This document shows, one piece after another, positions 60,370 through 64,000 of a stretch of DNA of 64,000 nucleotides. Under the pieces are notes generated by a model. It was not told where the DNA came from. It searched no databases and saw only the letters and a list, made by a program, of their open reading frames with translations. The translations under genes and the position numbers were made by a program. Position 1 is the first letter of the stretch. Each line of letters starts with the position of its first letter. Source of the DNA: Curvularia clavata (Eukaryota); assembly GCA_023920165.1 (NCBI GenBank), contig CP089277.1, forward strand, positions 1,054,001 to 1,118,000. Direction: 5' to 3'.

Positions 60370-61334
60370 ATGTCGGCCGACTATGCCCAGCTCGACGACG
60401 GCAATGACATAACCTCACCACCACACTCCTCCAACCCACCTGGGGACCTCACCCCAGACAGCCCCACTTCTCCTTGCTTGTTCGGTCCCTACTCATTCTT
60501 CGAGAGCGCAAACGCCGCCACACCTGCCGACCGTCAACCCGAAGACTTGTATCCCGCACCTCTCCCCTTCAGCACCGGCTTCTTCGAGCAGATCCTCAAT
60601 CCGGCCGGCCTTGACCACGGCAGGTATTCTCCATTCGACTGGCGACCCGACCGCCCCCTGGAACCAGATATGCCGCCCTCCACCCGCGCACATACACAGG
60701 ACTCGCAGAGTTCACAGCGGCCCGACCGCCTCGCAAATGGCTACGTCGACCTGACCAGTGCCCCGGACTCACCTCCTCGGACGAGAAAGCGGGAATCGCC
60801 TACGCCAGGCCCTTCGGCGAAGCGGCGCAAAAGAGAAGATGGCACAGCCAACGGGGTCGAGCAGCAGAGTGCTAAGCCTGCAACTGCAGAAGAGGTCGAC
60901 TTGACCGGAAACTCTTCCGTTCAACAGGCACAGGAGAAGCAGCGGGAAGACGTTGTCAAGCCACAGGCGGGACCTGACGAGACATTCACTACATTCAACT
61001 CGTTCAACTGCGTCATCTGCATGGACAATCCCACAGACCTCACAGCTACAGCATGTGGTATGTCTTGCTCTATACTTCTGGTCAAGGACCGCGTTAACAA
61101 CTGATAGGTCACTTGTTCTGTCATACCTGCCTTATGGAGGCTCTGATTGCCGGTGAAAACCGCACAGGGCCCCACGAAACCAAACGATCACAATGCCCCG
61201 TGTGTCGAAAGACCCTTAGTCGTAATAAGCCCTCCGATGTCATACCCTTGCTGCTTAAGAAAGGACTATCCACACAACCCCGGAAGAAGAAGGCTGCTGC
61301 GCCAGCCGTAACCACTGCACCGAAGGTATCGTGA
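60370..61334 (+). CDS. RING-finger protein with SUMO-interacting-like motifs (STUbL subunit-like); intron ~61058-61107; start may be 60670
   Basis: CVICMD..ATACG|HLFCHTCL..CPVCR; YVDLT and EEVDLT motifs. Confidence 0.8.
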
Positions 61335-61769
61335 ATGCAATTGGATTTCGCGATGCTTTCTCCAGTTGCTAAACGAACCCCGTAACTATCCCATACTAAG
61401 CCACGTATTAGCTAGCTCAGATAGAGTTCCCGCGGATGCCTCGCAGATCCACACGACGCTCGGCACGGAGACCCGATATCACCGAATGTGTATGAGTGGG
61501 AAGACAGTATGATTCGGATACACCGGGTGGTTCATCATCGCAGTAGCAAGGAGTATGCGATGGGAATGGGCGTTCTGCAGGGATGCACGACAGCCGCCTG
61601 AAATAATGACTGCATCAGTATGATAGCTTGGTAGACTGAGTACTGCATGGATACTAGCGCCATCTAGATGACGTAGTTCGCTACGCAGTTGAATAGAAGA
61701 AATAGAACTACAGTGTACTCGTCAATACCAGCATCTTTCCCCTCCAGACCAAAACTTCCGCTATTCAAT

Positions 61770-62758
61770 ATGTCCCAAGATCCAAAATTCACCTCCCAGA
61801 TCGCGATCCTCGGGGCCGGCGATGTTGGCGCCACGATTGCTTATTCACTCATCATGAACCCAGTCGCTGGGGATATCTTGATGGTAGATCCAAAAGAGGA
61901 GGTCCGCGATGCCCAAGTGCAAGACTTGTCTGATGCTACATTCCACGGAAATACCACGACACGTGTAAGAGCGGGAAAACACAAAGAAGCAGGGCAGTGT
62001 GATGTGGTAGTCATAACCGCCGGCGCGAAGCAGAAAAAAGGTATACATCGATTGAGCTTGGAAAAACAATGGTGAGACCGCCAGACACTTACCAATCCGT
62101 AGGTGAAAGCCGAACCGACCTCATCGGCCGCAACAAGGCCATTCTTGAATCAGCGATCAGCGATATGAAGCCCTTTCGCTCAGACACCATACTACTACTG
62201 GTCGCCAACCCCGTCGACGTACTCACCTACTTTGCTCAAAAGTTCTCTGGCCTCCCCAAAGAGCAAGTCATCGGTTCCGGCACCTTTCTCGACTCAGCGC
62301 GTCTCCGCGGGCTTCTCGCCACCAAAGCCGAGGTTGCAGCATCTAGCATCGATGCCTACGTCCTCGGAGAGCACGGTGAATCCCAATTTGTCGCCTGGAG
62401 CCTTGCGAGCATCGGCGGCGTACCTCTCGAGCAAGCCATTGCCTCTAGCCACAGCATAGACAAGAATGCTATTGCAGAGGAAACAAAGAACAAGGCTACC
62501 AACATTATCCAGAGCAAGGGCGCGACAAACTATGGCATCGGCGGTGTCGCGGCTAGTATCTGCAAGTCCATACTGTTCGATCAGAGGAATATCAGACCTG
62601 TCAGTCATTACCAGGAGGATCTAGATGTTTGTTTGAGTGTTCCGGCGGTGCTAGGAAGAAAGGGCATTGTGAGAAGTGTGCTGATGCCGTTGAGTGGGGA
62701 GGAGAAGGAGTTGTTAAAGAAGAGCGCGAAAGCATTGAAGGAGGTTATGAATGCTTAG
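61770..62758 (+). CDS. NAD-dependent L-lactate dehydrogenase; intron ~62041-62102
   Basis: ILGAGDVG, ITAGAKQKKGESRTDL (Gln at the LDH specificity position), VANPVDV, GSGTFLDSARLR, GEHGES, KGATNYGIG. Confidence 0.9.
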
Positions 62759-63277
62759 ATTTCGATAGACATATGGGCAGCCGGTCAATGGCGTTTTCGG
62801 CAAAAGGAATTAGATCAATGCACCATACTCGCGTGCAAACTACGGACTCGATTTGTCTTGCTCATTCCACATACAAAAGCACAGCCACAATGCCATTGCA
62901 CTCACTAAAAAACAATCATCTCCTGTGCAAAGCCGTTCCTAAGCGTCTCCACCTGGCCAAGCCTTCCTGCAGTAATTCAATACTGCAATGTCTGCCAAAA
63001 TCTGGTTTCCATTGAAACCTGCGATGTATTGGCTAAAAGGGGTGTGGTGGAACCTTTCGCGTGGGAATTAGTCTACGCCCCGTGGCCCCACTGCACTACA
63101 TGTATTCTGCATGCCTCACGTCGACTCATATTGGATCCATCTGATTGGCTTGCGCGACCCAGACACCTGAAGCTACCCACCAACGTACCTGGATCAGGCA
63201 CAAAGGTGTATACATATATATTGAGGCTGAACGACCAGTCTGTTTGAACTCTTCACACTCAAGCACCTTTTTTTTAC

Positions 63278-63287
63278 ATGACGTCAT
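63278..63287. promoter_or_regulatory. Perfect ATF/CRE-like palindrome ATGACGTCAT upstream of the GST-like gene
   Basis: Exact TGACGTCA core ~45 nt before the ATG. Confidence 0.35.
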
Positions 63288-63328
63288 CGCTTCTCTCTAA
63301 CAACACCACAAACACCAACAACTCCAAA

Positions 63329-64000
63329 ATGGCAACATCAGAAACGCCAATTGCATTCTTCGATATCGCCTCCGGGCCCCCAAAACGCTGTTATGCGCCT
63401 AATCCATGGAAAACCCGGTTCGTCCCTCACATACACATCCCCTTTGCTCAAGACTAACACCACGCCCCATTAGCTACACCCTTAACCTCAAATCCGTACC
63501 TTACAAAACAAACTGGGTCGAGCTGCCCGACATAAAATCCGTCCGTCAATCTTACAACGTAGCCCCGGTACGAAATCTCCCCGATGGATCAGATTTCTAC
63601 ACACTCCCCATGATCCACGACGCCGGAAACGACGATACTTGGGTTGGTGACTCCTTCGACATTGCCGTGTACCTCGATTCGAAGTATGCCGATAGTGGGG
63701 AGCGTCTTTTCCCGCCCAACAGCATTGGCGTGCACCGCGTCTTCAACGCACATGTCGACGCCCTGTTCACGAAGCACGTAGTGCTATGTGCAAATTACAT
63801 GCCTCTGAACCCGGAGACAGCAGAGCAGACGAGGCGCGAGTTCGTCGAACGTCTGCATGTAGATAGCTGGGATGTGTTTTGCGTCGAGGGCGAGGCGAGG
63901 GAAAAGGTATTGCAGGCGTTTGAGGCAGATTTGGAGGAGTTTGCGAAGATGTGGCGGTTTGGAGATAAGGGCCCGTTTCTGGAGGGCGAGAAGTTGACGT
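63329..64000 (+). CDS. Glutathione S-transferase, fungal GSTFuA/etherase-like; intron ~63418-63473; cut off by the window end
   Basis: FFDIAS..CYAPNPWKTR|YTLNLKSVPYKTNWVELPDI..FYTLPMIHD..VGDSFDIAVYLD. Confidence 0.85.

Noticed and set aside
62756..62910. Stop-codon readthrough to a cryptic peroxisomal signal in LDH
   Set aside because: Stop is TAG ATT, not TGA CTA, and the extension does not end in a PTS1
1..64000. tRNA, rRNA, CRISPR arrays, secondary-metabolite backbone genes
   Set aside because: None recognised by eye; tRNAscan-SE and Infernal would be needed to exclude small RNAs

Overview
Eukaryotic genomic DNA from a filamentous ascomycete (short GT-AG introns with CTRAY branch sites, a Zn2Cys6 factor, a fungal NLR; a Dothideomycete/Pleosporales origin is my impression only). 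About 28 protein-coding genes can be modelled by eye. Housekeeping genes: RPS3, SDH5, MHR1, VPS38/UVRAG, LAC1/LAG1, MIP1, a RING ligase. CAZymes: GH53, GH1, GH76. Also several transporters and oxidoreductases. Three things stand out. (i) An ~8 kb gene-poor stretch (9.6-17.6 kb) ends in a TATA/STRE-type promoter in front of a 27-codon proline-rich ORF carrying a class I SH3-ligand motif. (ii) An accessory-looking block (~37-47 kb) holds a SET-domain gene, a stand-alone integrase-type HHCC zinc-finger gene transcribed divergently from a Goodbye-NACHT-ankyrin NLR across a double palindrome, an 18-Cys secreted protein and a DUF4246 pseudogene. (iii) A spliced 79-aa candidate mitochondrial membrane microprotein that the ORF track misses. 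I saw no rRNA, tRNA, CRISPR or intact transposon. All family calls come from motif recognition, not database searches.
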